The translations under genes and the position numbers were made by a program. A stretch of DNA of 64,000 nt from Intoshia linei (Eukaryota > Animalia > Orthonectida), in assembly GCA_001642005.1 (NCBI GenBank), contig LWCA01000049.1, positions 3,167 to 67,166 on the forward strand, given 5' to 3'. Shown in pieces: positions 46,601 to 60,000 of the stretch. Under the pieces are notes generated by a model that did no database searches, was not told the origin of the DNA, and was given only the letters and a program-made list of their open reading frames with translations. Position 1 is the stretch's first letter. Every line of letters starts with the position of its first letter.

Positions 46601-47564
46601 TTTATCACAACCAGCCGCAATTATTGTACCTTTTTGGTTAGTATGAATCAATACATATGGGCTACATGAATGCACAAATACACATCCCTGGCTGCTTGAA
46701 ATATCTTCAGATTTTTGTAAGTGACATCTAACTACTTTGCAGTCTGCGTGTCCAGATATAATGGATGTTCCGTGAACACTAATAAATATTGCATACAATA
46801 AATTATATAATATATACTTTGCTGACATTGAAACCACAAAAGACTCTGAATTATACAGAGTGCTTGATTTATTTGTCAGCGTGTTTGCTATCCTTACCTA
46901 ATCAATAAAATTATTAGAATTCACTACATAACTGCTCCGCACCTTTAAACCGAACATATTAAATATACTTATCAGACTCTGTAGTAAAGTAGAGTACAGT
47001 ATTGAGTTTTACACTTATTATTAGCATGATTAAATAAACCTTTCCGTCATAGGCTCCGAACAAAATTTCTTGATTTTTTGGCCAAATAAGGCACGTAACT
47101 GCGGTCTGTTGAAAAAATTTATTACAAATGACTTTTTTATCACCCCTAAAAAATAATAAGAAAAAAATAGTCAAATCATACCAATTTTCTCCAATTTTAT
47201 AAACAAATATTATATTATCCGATTGAGCTACCGCTAGTTTTTGGCCGTCAAATGAAAATGCTATTCCAGTTATAATATAACTGTTTTTTGGATACTAAAT
47301 AAATGAAATTTGAATACTAAAATATATTAAACACATTACTTTGGAATCACATGGCTTAGTAGCAAATTTATCCTTTTGTTCGCATGTTTCAGAAAACAAC
47401 GAAATTACAAGATCACCTGTAGCCACAGCCATTTTTTTACAGTTACTGGACCAAGCTAATGCTTGTATTTCACAAATTTGATCCTAACATGAATATAATA
47501 ATTAAAACTTAATTTATTATTAAACCTTTGCAGGGATTATATTGTTATAATATTTTAACATCAT
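31622..47564 (-). CDS. IFT172: Intraflagellar transport protein 172 (IFT-B), roughly 30 exons
   Basis: N-terminal WD40 exons ([50 protein letters not shown]-like, [23 protein letters not shown]), [28 protein letters not shown] region (WGDHL...[23 protein letters not shown]), and C-terminal DKAFYDAG and REWLL. Stop TGA at 31624-31622. Confidence 0.95.
33807..35094 (+). mobile_element. Apparently complete non-autonomous Helitron-like element in an IFT172 intron
   Basis: A|TC 5' junction, 5' (GTCT/GT)n microsatellite, internal ~130-bp subrepeats, imperfect GC-rich subterminal hairpin (CCTCGGCAGAGCTAGG), CTAG|T 3' junction, and no TSD. Confidence 0.68.
36321..36519. mobile_element. Tc1/mariner-pogo (Tigger-like) MITE
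   Basis: TIRs CAGTCAGACTT.T.GATAGT / ACTATC.ACAAGTCTGACTG flanked by TA on both sides. Confidence 0.82.
37395..38370 (+). mobile_element. Diverged Helitron-like family copy in an IFT172 intron
   Basis: TTTACTTATATAAAATTGAATGTCTGTGTGTG start. Colinear with the 39530-40480 copy over the 3' half. Confidence 0.6.
39530..40480 (+). mobile_element. Helitron-like family copy in an IFT172 intron (with an internal ~55-bp tandem duplication at ~40053-40162)
   Basis: ATCCTTACTTATCCTTACTTAT start and high similarity to 33830-34545. Confidence 0.7.
42519..43922. mobile_element. Pogo/Tigger-like element with nested insertions
   Basis: TA-flanked TIRs CTGTAAACTCTCGAAAAGTGATCACTTTTTT / AAAAAAGTGGTCACTTTTCGAATGTCTACTG. 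Contains further TA|CAGT elements starting at ~42801 and 43084. Confidence 0.7.
43094..43283. mobile_element. hAT MITE nested in the TIR of a pogo-like element
   Basis: TIRs CAGTGGCTTTTAACC / GGTTGAAAAGCACTG and a perfect TSD GTCTAAGT (43086-43093, 43284-43291). Confidence 0.88.
43995..44185. mobile_element. hAT MITE (related copy at ~20385-20563)
   Basis: CAAAGGTTCCCA...TGGGAAACGCTG with TSD TTCTAGAC/TTTTAGAC. Confidence 0.78.
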
Positions 47565-48065
47565 TTTTGTATTTATTTGATTTGTTTGTTTATAAAAGTT
47601 TCCATGTTCCTTCAAATTTGCCGAGAAGCATGCATTTTATGTAACTAACTATAGACATTGAATTTTAATTTTATTTCCATTATTTATCATTATATTTATC
47701 TACATGTATTTATATTTTTAGTTTGATAATCATAAATTTTAGTCATTTTACATTAATTACATAAAGCTTACATTTTTTGATATAAATAATAATTTTATTC
47801 GAAATTAAAATTTCTATATTTCATTATTATAATTATACACTATAGTGTATATTGTATAGAAATTATATGGAATCATAATTGATACTTCTGTTAACTGTTT
47901 TATGTCAAATGTGAATTAAATTTTAAATTTACATTATCAATTTTGAATATTAATACATTTTTATACTCAACATATTTCGTTTTGGTATATTTATTGGCAA
48001 CAATAATATTAAATTGTTTATTTCGTTACCGGGTTTAACCTTCATTTACTATTCATGAAATTTTA
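47565..48065. promoter_or_regulatory. Putative bidirectional promoter shared by IFT172 and CEP290
   Basis: 501 bp separate the divergent start codons. Contains X-box-like half sites GTTTCCATG (47598) and TGGCAAC (~47995), a degenerate GTTACCGGGTTTAAC (48025-48039), and forkhead-like TGTTTAT motifs. The motif calls are weak. Confidence 0.5.
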
Positions 48066-51000
48066 ATGATAGAAGAAGATTGGAATCTATTAAAATCTGT
48101 TGACGTGCAAACTCTTGTCGATGACAGGGATAAAACTGATGTCATTTTTGACAAATTTGGAGAGGTATTTTTTTATTTGGACCAGATTATATAACAAAAA
48201 AATTCGAATAGAAATGAATGGATAATAAAATAATTATATAATTAAAACGGTTAAATTAACGTTTTTAGAACTATAATATAACCGATGTAACTGATGTCGA
48301 TCAATTAAGCAAATTGGCTTCAGTATTTTTAGCATTGATGCATATAAAGGACGTTGAAGCAGAAATTGCAGAAGATGAATTAATAAACTATCAAAAGGAA
48401 AGAGAAGTAATGAATTACTATAGATATATTTCTAATACATACATTGACATAATTTTATAGCATAACGGTCAATAATTATATCATTATTTTCTGCCTTGTA
48501 TATTATGTACTTCATACGAACAGAGACTAACTCTACTGAGGGAGAACCTTTCGAGATATATTCATATACATTGTAGTAAAAAAATTTGATCAAATTTTTT
48601 GTTTTTACTAAAATATTTTTAAACTAATTGTGGGCATTAACTTTACGCATCGAGCTTTACTCCAAATAAAAATTTTTTAGGGACTTATTTTTAATTTTAA
48701 TGTGTCCTCGAGATGGGTAGATTAGGCTCTGAATTGGGGATTTGGCCGTAAATATGCAAAATTGGAGAAGTGAAATTTATCTTTCTTTTTGGAAAAAATA
48801 AATTTAGAATGTGTTTTTTTAAATTTCTCGTCTTCCAGTTTTCTAAGTAAATGATTACATACTGTGTAATACACAGACACACATTTTTAGCCATTTTTGA
48901 TTTATATTTTTACATTTTATATTACTTTATACTTAATCAAATTTTTAGAAATTTGAAGGTGATGTTGGTGGAAATAAAGAAAATAAATTTTTAAGGGATG
49001 AAATAAAAGAGTTGGAAAGAAAAATGGCTCAACTGCAACGAGATTTTCAAGAAAAGGACCAATTATTACAAAATGAATTGGAAGTTAGTGAAAAACTTAA
49101 TCTAAAGATAGTCGGCTTGGAAAAAGAAAATAGAGATTACAAGTAATTACTAATTTACTACAATATATATTTTCTGAATTATTATGTTTTTCGATTATTT
49201 ATTTATTATTTGTTTTAACTGGTTTGGGTTTTTCAAGAAAAATATTTTAAAAGTTGAATTCTTTGATAGGTTCCTAAAAATATTCACAGTGATACATTTT
49301 ATTTGTTTTTCCAAACAATATTCCTTAAAACTCTCTTTAACATATTAAACAAACAAAAAAATTATCATTAAACGCCTCTCTAAGCCTCTTGAATGACTTG
49401 TAAAAGTAATGTGGTTATAAAAATTGTGACATTGAATTTTTAAATTTTAGATAATTATAATTTAGACGAGATTGTGATCAAATGAACACAGAAATTCATG
49501 AATATCAACATAGACTGGAAATGAAACGTGAAACATTAAAGGATGGTGCGGATGATGAAGCATCAAAAGAAAAATCACATGAAAAAAATGAAATGATCAA
49601 CAGATTTATGAATGAAAATTTGGCTCTAACAGGTAGTAACACAAAATTGGAAGAAAAAATCAGAGAAATGGAGCAAGAATTAAAAAATGGTAGAAATGAA
49701 ATTGATTTAACTAACAATAAATACACTAAACTGATTAATGTATTGGATGAAACGGAAGAAAAGTACGACGCTTTATGTAAAGAAAATTGTGATTTAAACG
49801 ATAAACTGGTAGATGTCCGTGAAAAAACACTTTCAAAAAATGATGACAATGATGTATTTACAGCAGAACTAAACATGAAAATTGATCAGTACAAAACTGC
49901 AATGCATAAAAAAGATGATACAATCTCAAGTTTGCAACAAAGCCATTTAAGATTAAAAGAAAAAATTGCTTTATATTCGGTTGATTATGAAAGAAATGCG
50001 TTGGTATTACTGACTGAAAAAATAAAAGACAAGGATATACTCATTTCTAACCTACAACAAAAAGTAAAAAATGCTACAGCTGATATGAACGAAGCAACAA
50101 TATTATTAAACAATATAAAGGGTAAAAATAAGACAAAAACGCAAGTCAAATTGGATGAATCTCAAATCGTAAAACTTAAAGCTTTAGATAACACTGTAAA
50201 AATTAGAGAAAACCAAATAAATGATGCAGAAAATCGTGCAATTTTTGCTGAAAATGAAGCTAGAGACAAAGACAGTGAATTAGCTGAAGCATGGGAACGT
50301 CTCCGGCAATATGAAGCTGGCGAATATGGACTAGCTGAAGCTGTTTCAGAAATAAAACAAATTAGAAAACAAATCTTAGAACGTGATGAAAAAATAAAAA
50401 ATTTTACAAAGTATTCCAATGAAATTGAAGTTAAGTACAACGACGTAAGCGATATATTGGATGCTATACAAGACAAATACAATGAATGTGGAATTGATGC
50501 AGCAGTAGTTGATTTAAAAGAATATAGACGTTTAAAAAATATAAAAATTGAAGAAACTACAGCTACAAATGCTGTATTAGAAAACGAAGTCGAATCTTTA
50601 GAGGAGGAAAGAATAAAACTTAAACTTCAAATACGTCGATTAGCGATATCGTTTGGACAAAAGGCAGTAATGACTGGATTGACTACGGAAGATATGTTTA
50701 GAGTAGAAGAATACATGAACGATTTAAAATACGATAGGGAAAATAAAAAGAAACTAGCATTAGATAAACATAAACAAAGTGTCATTGAACCTTCCAAGCG
50801 AAAAACCACAGTTGTTCAATTATCAAACCCATTACCAATTTCAAATGTTTTGGGAGACAAAGATTCACAATTAAGAAATTTGCGACAAGATAATCAAATT
50901 TTAATAGATAAGGTAGGATTCATTTAATGTTATTATTATAACTAGCTTATCTAAATTATAATGGGTAGAAACATTAGCTGGTTATACCGAGGGACACTTT

Positions 51001-54000
51001 TCGTTGCATATTTTTTAAAAAGTAAAATTCAAGAAATAATTAAATTTTGATATAATGTAAAATAAACGTAAAATTTTAAAAACAATAAAGCAAAAATGAA
51101 TTAACTTACGTAAAACACATAATTTAGTCGTATCTACAAATACACAATAAATTTTTTATTTTAAAATTAAATAATGTTGATAAAAATACAATAATAACAA
51201 AAAATATCAGAATAAATGTATAACAAAAATAAAACGCAGTAAATATAAATTGAAATTAATTTTGAAAATCGATAGTTACAAAACATTTTGAATTATAGTA
51301 GTGCGACCATATTATTAACGTACTAATATTGCTTAGAAACGAAAATTTAAAAAATATATAAAAAAATTGTGTAACTAGGCAATAACTAAATTGAGACACA
51401 AAGTTTATGATAAACACGAGTTATTGCTGAAAATGAATTATATATTTATTATAATTAATTATATTTAGTGCTACAATTAATGTTTTTACAAATTTTAATA
51501 TCGTTTAACAATTTTTTATAAACATTAGTACATTTTTCCTTTGAATTTTCTCGAAGTAAAATGACAAATTTTAATGTTTTTAAGCTAAGGTTGGATTTAT
51601 GTTCTGTCCAATAATTATTAGTAACACTATATACTCTTTCTACATATGTTTTTGAGCAATTTAGAGAATAATAAAACTGGATTAATTTTTTGAATCTATT
51701 AGTATCGATATTATCACACAAATCCTTCCAAGGAGGAATAGTAAAAGAATTTTTTAAGCATAAATCAACTGCAACAAATTTATTGAACATTTCATCTCGA
51801 TTCATCTGGTTAATTAAATTTATTGTTATAAATTAAAATACATTTTTGTATGTTGATTCAAGGACAGCTTAAACCTAAACTGAGTATACAGTAGTCTTTG
51901 GTTAATCTAATTAACTTGAGTTTCATTAATAACAAAGTAGAATGGTGATACATATTGAATTTGAATGGTTTATTTTAAAATATATATTATAGATACGTAA
52001 AAATAAGTAAAAGTTATATAAACAACAAAATTTGTAATATAAAATTTAAATTCATAACTTTATTTAGTACGTTATTGGCACAGTGCCAATAACGTATTTT
52101 TTATAAAATAACGTACTTATGGTTGCATTAAAGTTTTTTTAAATTACAATTTATTTAAATAAATTTGTAAATCATTTTATAAATCATATGTAAATCAAAA
52201 TTATTGTTAATTAAATTTTAATTTGAGAAAAATTTTGTAAATGTGTGTAAGATACATACTAACTTTTATTTACGATGTTAATTAAGAATGCAGATATTTT
52301 CTATTTACAAATTCAATTTTCTATTATGTAACCAGTTTTTCGAGTTATTTATGATAGTATTTTTTAAAAGATTATTGCTAAGAATTTTAAAAAAATATTT
52401 TTAAAGTTTTATTTGCACCTTAAAAACTATCTTCAAATTTCAATCGAATACATTGCATAAGAAAAAGATGACCTTTACTAAATTTGTCAAACATTACCAA
52501 AAAAATATTTTAATATACTATATATGTATATTAAAAGAGACTAGTTTTTGGAAAATGATCATGTCCATGAAAAAATTAATATAATTTGGAAAGTGACATT
52601 GTCTTATGGATATATTTATAATTATAATAATTTTCAGTTGGAAGAAATAGAAGAGTCTATCTTATCATTGGAAAAAGAATTGAATGAATCAAACAATGAA
52701 ATAAAAATCTACGATGCTGGATTAAGAGATGCTAACGATAAGATTAAGGAAATGTCTCAAAGCGCTATGAAAGTTGAATCTATTGAAATTCCATCGTTGA
52801 ATAGAATAGTGCAACTTTTAGAAGTTAAATCAATCTTAATTTCGCAATCAATTTTTGAAAATGGAGCTGAACTATCGGAATCTGCACTTTTATTGAAAGC
52901 AAAATCAGATAAATTAACTGGTGAAAATGAAACTCTGACCAATCAACTTAGGCATGTGAGGACTGGTAAATTTTAATTTAAAAAATAGTTTAAAAATTAC
53001 ATTATTTGCCTCTTCAATATGTACGGATACAATACATTGTACCGTTATTCACTATAAAAAAAAATTTCTTTAAATTAGTGTGTTTCATATCAGACCGAAT
53101 CCCATCACCACAAGCATGATTTATGTCACTAAAAATAAAATATACTTAAAAAAAAATTCAGAAACGTGCGTATTACGCACTGCATAATGACTCATTACTA
53201 ATGACATAGCTTCTAGCCGCATATTCATGGTTATAGATTCGACGGTTACGATATTGAAAGTTATATTTATTTTAAATTCTCAATTTGGAAAAACAGGACT
53301 AGAGTTTATAAAAATTTCGTCTAATTTCCGAACAATGTAAATGAGTAAAATAGTTTCGTCTATGCCTATGAAGGTTTGGAAATGAGATTGAAATTTTTTA
53401 TGTGTGTTAACTGTAATTATGGATATAACTGCGTGAGCTGTAATTTTATTTAAATTTCTAGGACCTTTCATTTTTTAAAAAAGAGTAATCCGCTTATGAT
53501 TTAAAAAAATATCCCATAATTTATGTTTCCTAAAATAGTGGAGTTTTCTCATTATTAAAAATGATGGATTTGAACATGAAGATGTAAGTTTCTGAGGCTG
53601 AGTTTTATGATATTGCTAATGACTTTAAAACTAGTCACAAAATTATTATTTTTTAATTTGAACTTATCACTCTCGAATAAATTTATTAGAAATTAGGTTT
53701 TTTAAATTCTAGAAGTGTTAATGTTTTAAATAAACGGACAAATACACTCCATGTCAATTAATTTTATCACGATGATTATAATCACGTTTGTTTTTATCAC
53801 GATTAATTTAATAAACTTCGTTTTTATCATGATTTTTTTTATCATTGTTCGTTTTTATCACGATTTACGATTTACGATTTTAATTTAACTGAAATTAAAA
53901 ATTAAAAATTCATAGAAATAACAGAATTAAATGGATAATTTTGATATTACATTTTAATAATAAATTAAATAGCAAAATAGTTAACATTCAAAGATAAAGC

Positions 54001-57000
54001 ATCTATGATCCTCATTATTTCTGTGTGATGCAACATTATTCTTTTTATATGAAATTTATTAATTTCATAATGCAATCTTTTGTTAGGGGATTCACTAGCT
54101 ATTACCTTAATGCAGGGGTGCACAACGTGCGGCCGTGGGCAATACATCCGATCATAATGTAATATATTATTTTACTTCCAATTGAAAAGTTAAAATAAGA
54201 TTTTATTCAAGGTCTATTTAAAATATTTTAATCAAAAAGTTACATTCTTGACTTTGCCCCATTAAAAAAAATCTTCAAATCAAGAAAACCATAGACTCAT
54301 AAAATATCATCCTCTAATCCAATGCTTTTTAACCGGTGTGTCGTGACACTTTTGTGTGTCGCCAATAATTTCCAGATGTGTCGACAAACTTAAAATTTTA
54401 TTTAATTTTTTTTTAAATTCCATTAGCACAATATACAATTGGAAGACGTAAAAATACAAATCAAAGGTATTTTTAGTGATGATGATCAATTTTACATAGC
54501 TTATTTTCAGATTATTATTAGAAAAAAATTGGTTCAACTATATTTATTAATCAATGGCTTATTTTTTTGATTGATGTGTCGCAAAATTTTTTGAGATTGA
54601 AATATGTGTCGCCAACTAAAAATGGTTGAAATGCACTCCTCTAATCCATTTAATATTCCATCTTAAGTTTCGTGATTAATCCCCACTAGAGATTTCCAGC
54701 TTAAATTCTTGGCTTGAGCAATTCATTAATTTTGTTAAAACATATAAATAAATGCAAAGTAGTCTAGCATAGCTAGAATACTGAAAATATCAATTAATAA
54801 ATGTACATTTAAATCATTACATGAGTTGATGAAAGATTTAATCCGATATTATTAATTTTAATGAAAATCGTGATAAAAACGAACAGTGATAAAAACGATC
54901 ATGATAAAAACGCAGTTTATTAAATTCATTATAAAAACTAACATGATTATAATAATCGTGTTAAAAAATATGTGCACCAATACACTCACATATTTTTAAT
55001 TTTATATAAGTAAAGGATTTTAGACTCGCACATATTAATAATAATACGCTCTTCATTATCGACCCTTTTTCACCATTCTGGCGAATATCGGCACTCCGAT
55101 CGAAACCGAACATACCAAACTGAACATCACTAAAAATGATAAAAAGCACCATAAAAATTTTTTCGTAAACGATGCGTTGTGTCATATAGCACCTGGCTAT
55201 CTTATTCAAGGCTCTTGACGTGAATTTTAATTTAACAGGCAAAATAGTTACGTTCAAGAACATTCAAGAATAATTTTTTTTAGCGCCTAATTTTGAAAAA
55301 AGGGCCCCATTTTCAATAATTTCGTCAATCCTCCGAAGAGGGTAAGGTTCGGCTCTGAGGTAAGTTCGGCACTGTTAACATGATTCTGCTTGGAATTTTA
55401 AGTTTGGTACAACTACAAATTAAATTTAGATCTGCAAGGTTTAGCAATTGAAAATGATAGAAATTTAAAGAAACTAGAATATTCATTAAAAGTTAGCATT
55501 TATTTTTGAAAATAATTATGAATTATAGGAAATTGAAATTTTAAAAGAAGAAAACAAGACTGGATCTTTCCAAATGATGAAAATACCTAAAGGGGTTTCG
55601 GCGACAAGTTCCGACGTAATAGCGCGTCTAAACGAACAATTGATTCACAATCTAAACGAACTAAAAGTTAAGGATAATTTATTAAAAGAATGGGAAAATA
55701 ACATGATTGCATGTAAATTGGATCTTAGTGTATTAAAAAGTGAATATGGAGTATTGTACAAGGATTATTACGAGAAAAGATGTGAATGGGAGAATTCAAC
55801 AAAAAATTACAAAGAAAAAATGGAAAATGCACTAAAACAAGATGAAGATTCAAAAATAAAATTGAAAGAATTTAGTAGGTTATTATACATATTATCAAAA
55901 AGTGATAATGAAAAAAACGTAATGGACGGGTCAGATGTTTTCAGTGAAAAAAGTATAATGGACGTAGATAATCAAGAAATTGCTAGAAGTAGAAAATTTG
56001 ATGGATTGAACCAAGATGCCTTAAAAGTCTGTCTAGTTGAATATGTTAGAAAAATAGTTTTGTTGCAAGTTTCAGAAGACAAGCTATTGAAAATAAATTC
56101 TAGTTTAAAAAAAGAAAATGGTTATTTAACATTAGACATTAATAAATTTTTCAGTGAAGAAACTAAAAAAGAAACACAATATAAAAAGATTATCGCTTCA
56201 ATTGAACGTTCTAAAATGTTGATTAATCGAAAGTGCAGTGAATTGGAAAACGAATTGTCTCAAAGTGTATCTTTGCAAGAGTTTCAAAGTTTACAAGAAA
56301 AATTTGACCACATGAGTAATGATTATACTGCATTAATGGATAAAAGTCATCAAATATCCACTCAAACAACAGATGAACGTGAAATTCTTAAGGAAGAAAA
56401 TGATCGTCTTTGTCAAGTGTTGAAAGAATTGAGTGAAAAATTAAAAAATTCAAAAATAGAACAACATCAATTTGAAGCAGCTTTTGAGAAGCTTTATAAT
56501 GTTAAATGTTCAAAACAACTTAATGTTTTCAAAATTGAAGAAAAACCAGTTAAGGGAGATTATAAAGATTTAAATATTCCGCATAATCAAATATTATTGA
56601 ATATAAAACAACCAAAAGTTTTAAAAATGGCGACAAAGCTTTCTAATGCAGAAATGGAAGCAATAAATGTTAAACAAAAAGCAGATCATTTTATTAATTT
56701 ATACAATAATGAAAAGGAAAAAATTTCTCAATTAGAATTGAGAAATGAGGATGTTGAACATAAATTTAGTGAAATTTCAAAGAAAATTGTAGAAATGCAA
56801 AAAGTTGAAAATTCTTTGCGGGATAATTTATTATACGTTCAAATTAAAGGTAACCCTAAAAATGAATCTGCATTATTAAAACTTGAAAAGGAAAATGAAC
56901 GGTACAAGCAGGATTTATTAATTTATCACGAACAAATGGAAATTTTACAATTGCAGAATGATTCAATTATTAATACGCAAACTATAAAAGAAACTGAGTT

Positions 57001-60000
57001 AAATTTGCTTAAGGATCAAATATTGGAAATGCAATCTGTCAATGATACCTCACATTTAATTGGAAATTTACAAAAAAAAATTTTACACATGTCATTTACT
57101 GCAATCAAAGAAAAGAAGAATGTTAAAGACACTCGAATGAAACTGGCCAAATGTCACAAAAAGCTGTTGGAAACTGAGAGAAAACTAGAAGACTTGTCAA
57201 TATCTGCTAAGGACACGGGTATTGAAAATAGATTAAAATTACGACATTTAAGAACTACTATATCTGATTTACGTTGCAAGTACACAAATTCAATACCAAT
57301 TGAACAAAAATCAAAATTTGTATCAGATTTATTGAGTTTAAAGGCAAAATCTAAAAAAGCCGATAGATTTTTAAAGGAAGCAACAGAAAAAAGACACTTG
57401 GTGGAAAGTAAATTACAATCCATTGAATTAATATCAAAGGGATTAGAAGAGCTGGTAGAAACGTTAAAAGATAACAATGAAGCTGAAATGTCCAAAAAGG
57501 TTATGACGTGGCAAAAGAAAATGGAAAACATTAGATTGGAAGAACTCAAACTTAGAAGAAAAGTGTCAAGTTTACAAGATCAATTGGAACACAATATGAC
57601 TAAAAATAAAAGAGTAGGATTGCAATTGAATGTACTGGAAGAGGAAAAAATTGGATTAATACAACAAATGGAACAACGAGAATTTCAATGGGAAAATAGA
57701 GAAATGAAACTTGAACAAAAATTACATAGTTTAGAAAGGAAACATGACGAAATAATGTCCAAACAAGTTGAAGAATTCGAAGATATCGATGTTGATGAGA
57801 TTATAGATTCAAATATTCCCATTGGTAAACAACTTGAAAACTGTCTCAATATTATTCGACAACAAAAAATTCGACTTGTGGAATATCGATCTTCTAATGA
57901 ACTGGAAATTAAAGTAAGGACATTATCGGAGCCGATCCTATCGTACATCGAGGCCTCGAAAAGGGGTCTCGACGAAATTTTAGTAAATTTGGAAACATTT
58001 TCAGTACATAAAGTAGTTTTTTAGTAACTAACGTCATATTTTCAAATCTTTAAATCGTTTTTTTCAAAACTAAAGTCAGTCTTATTATATATTTTATTAT
58101 GTTTTTTTATTAGCTACCTGAAATCGCTCTATTTAGCTAAATATTGTATTTTTATTTTTCTGTTGACTTAAATTTTCAAAATATACCATAATAAATATAA
58201 ATATACCGTTAATTATTTCACATTTTTTGTTTTAATAAAATTTTTCGAAAAAAAATATATAAATATTAAAATGCTTTTTTGACCGTGAAGTCATCACTTA
58301 TTCGGATTGAAGTTTTCTGTGTGTGTTAACAGGATACAACTGTACAACCTGTAAATTTTTTGAAATTCTAGGGCTGTTTTCATTAAAAAAAAAAAGGGCA
58401 ATTTGGGGTTTTGGCCCAGAAAATATAATTTTTTTAAATTTAAATTTATGGTAATGTTTATGATTTTAAAATCCGTATCAGTTTATATATTTTTTTAAAT
58501 TCTCCAACTTGTTTGATTTTCAAAAAGATGGACAATTGGGGTTTTCGACCCGTAAGATCTGAGTTTAGGAGGGTGCAATTTATCTTATTATACGTCCCGG
58601 AAAAAACTGTAATGGAAATTTAGACTTTATAAAATTCTAAGACAGATAGTTATTGAAATAAAGCGTAACACACAAGCAGACATAACATTGTGTACTTCTA
58701 AAATCACTAAAAATTTTATTAGAAATTTTCGATGGGAAATGACAAGTAATCTTTTTTAAATAATGAGATGTTAGATTTACTAAAATTTAAAACTATTAAT
58801 TTTTTACCCATATTTACGGATATTATATGTAACAAACTAAAATTAAATGTAATCAGTGACGATTCTAATATAAAATTATATTAATTGTAACTAAAAAAAT
58901 AATATTATTTTTATGAATATTTTTAGAAAATTTCAGATTTAAACAAAACAATCACTCAACAAGAGCGTATAATTTTAACAAAAGACCGAATAATTGCTGA
59001 ATTACGAGTCCGTTTACCTGCATCAGTAGATCGAGATGCACTAATAAGTAAAATAACGGCAGACAGTGAAGAAGAAACAAAAAATGTGGAATACGATCAA
59101 AAAATGGAAGACAAACATTGGCAAAACCAACAAACTGTCAAAATAGCGGAATGCGCCGTTTCTGCAATGCAAGAGCGATTAAATATGAAAGAAAAAACAA
59201 TAATACGTTTAAGAAGTATGTTAAATGAGCAGGGTTTAAAATTTGATAGTAGAGAGATTGAACTAAAAAATCAAACAGATTCACTACGAAAATCTTTACA
59301 TTTAAGAGCGAAAAAATCATTACAAAATATAAAAGAAGATACAGCTTTAAAATTAAAAATAATTGATGAAGAAAATGTAAACATGATGGTATCAAATGAT
59401 AAATTAAAAAGATTAAACGAACTGGAAGACGTAGCGCTAAGCCAAGAAAATACAATCATAAATTTGACCAAAGAAAACAATGAACATCGAGTACAAATTG
59501 ATAATTTAAATTTAATTATAGAAGAAAATAAAATGGCGTATAATCATCAGATGAATGATGTAACAAATGAAAATGATGAAAATATTAAAAAATTAGAAAT
59601 AAATTTAAATGAAAAACACGCCGAATGCGAAAAATTAAAAGATATGCTAAATGATGCCAACATTGAAATTAAAAGATTATTGATTGAATGCGAAAAAAGT
59701 CCTTATAATATGATGAAATTGAACATTGAAAAATTAAGAAACGAAAACCAATTGAAACTGAAACAAATTAAACAATTGCAAAAATCTTTACACAACAGTC
59801 AAATTGAATGTCGTAATCAAGCAAAAGATGCTGTCAATTCTAGAAACGTTCTGGCGGTAACAGATTTTAATTTTAAGAAATCTGTTGAAGCTAGAACCAA
59901 AGAATTAAACAACAAGTACGAAGAATCCCGGTCCGCTGAAGCCAATGCAAAGATAGAACTTAATCGTAACATTATTAATTATGAAAATGTTGAAAAAGAT

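Noticed and set aside
53760-54965. Short repeated TTTTTATCACGA units suggesting a CRISPR-like or iteron array
   Set aside because: Spacing is irregular, the units are arranged as inverted termini with a 9-bp TSD, and the context is eukaryotic, so they are explained as foldback TIRs.
57914-58024. C-terminal extensions of ORF-track proteins (e.g. VRTLSEP...VVF in CEP290, ILLFFHS... in ATG7)
   Set aside because: These are read-through into introns beyond clear GT donors and are not part of the spliced proteins.
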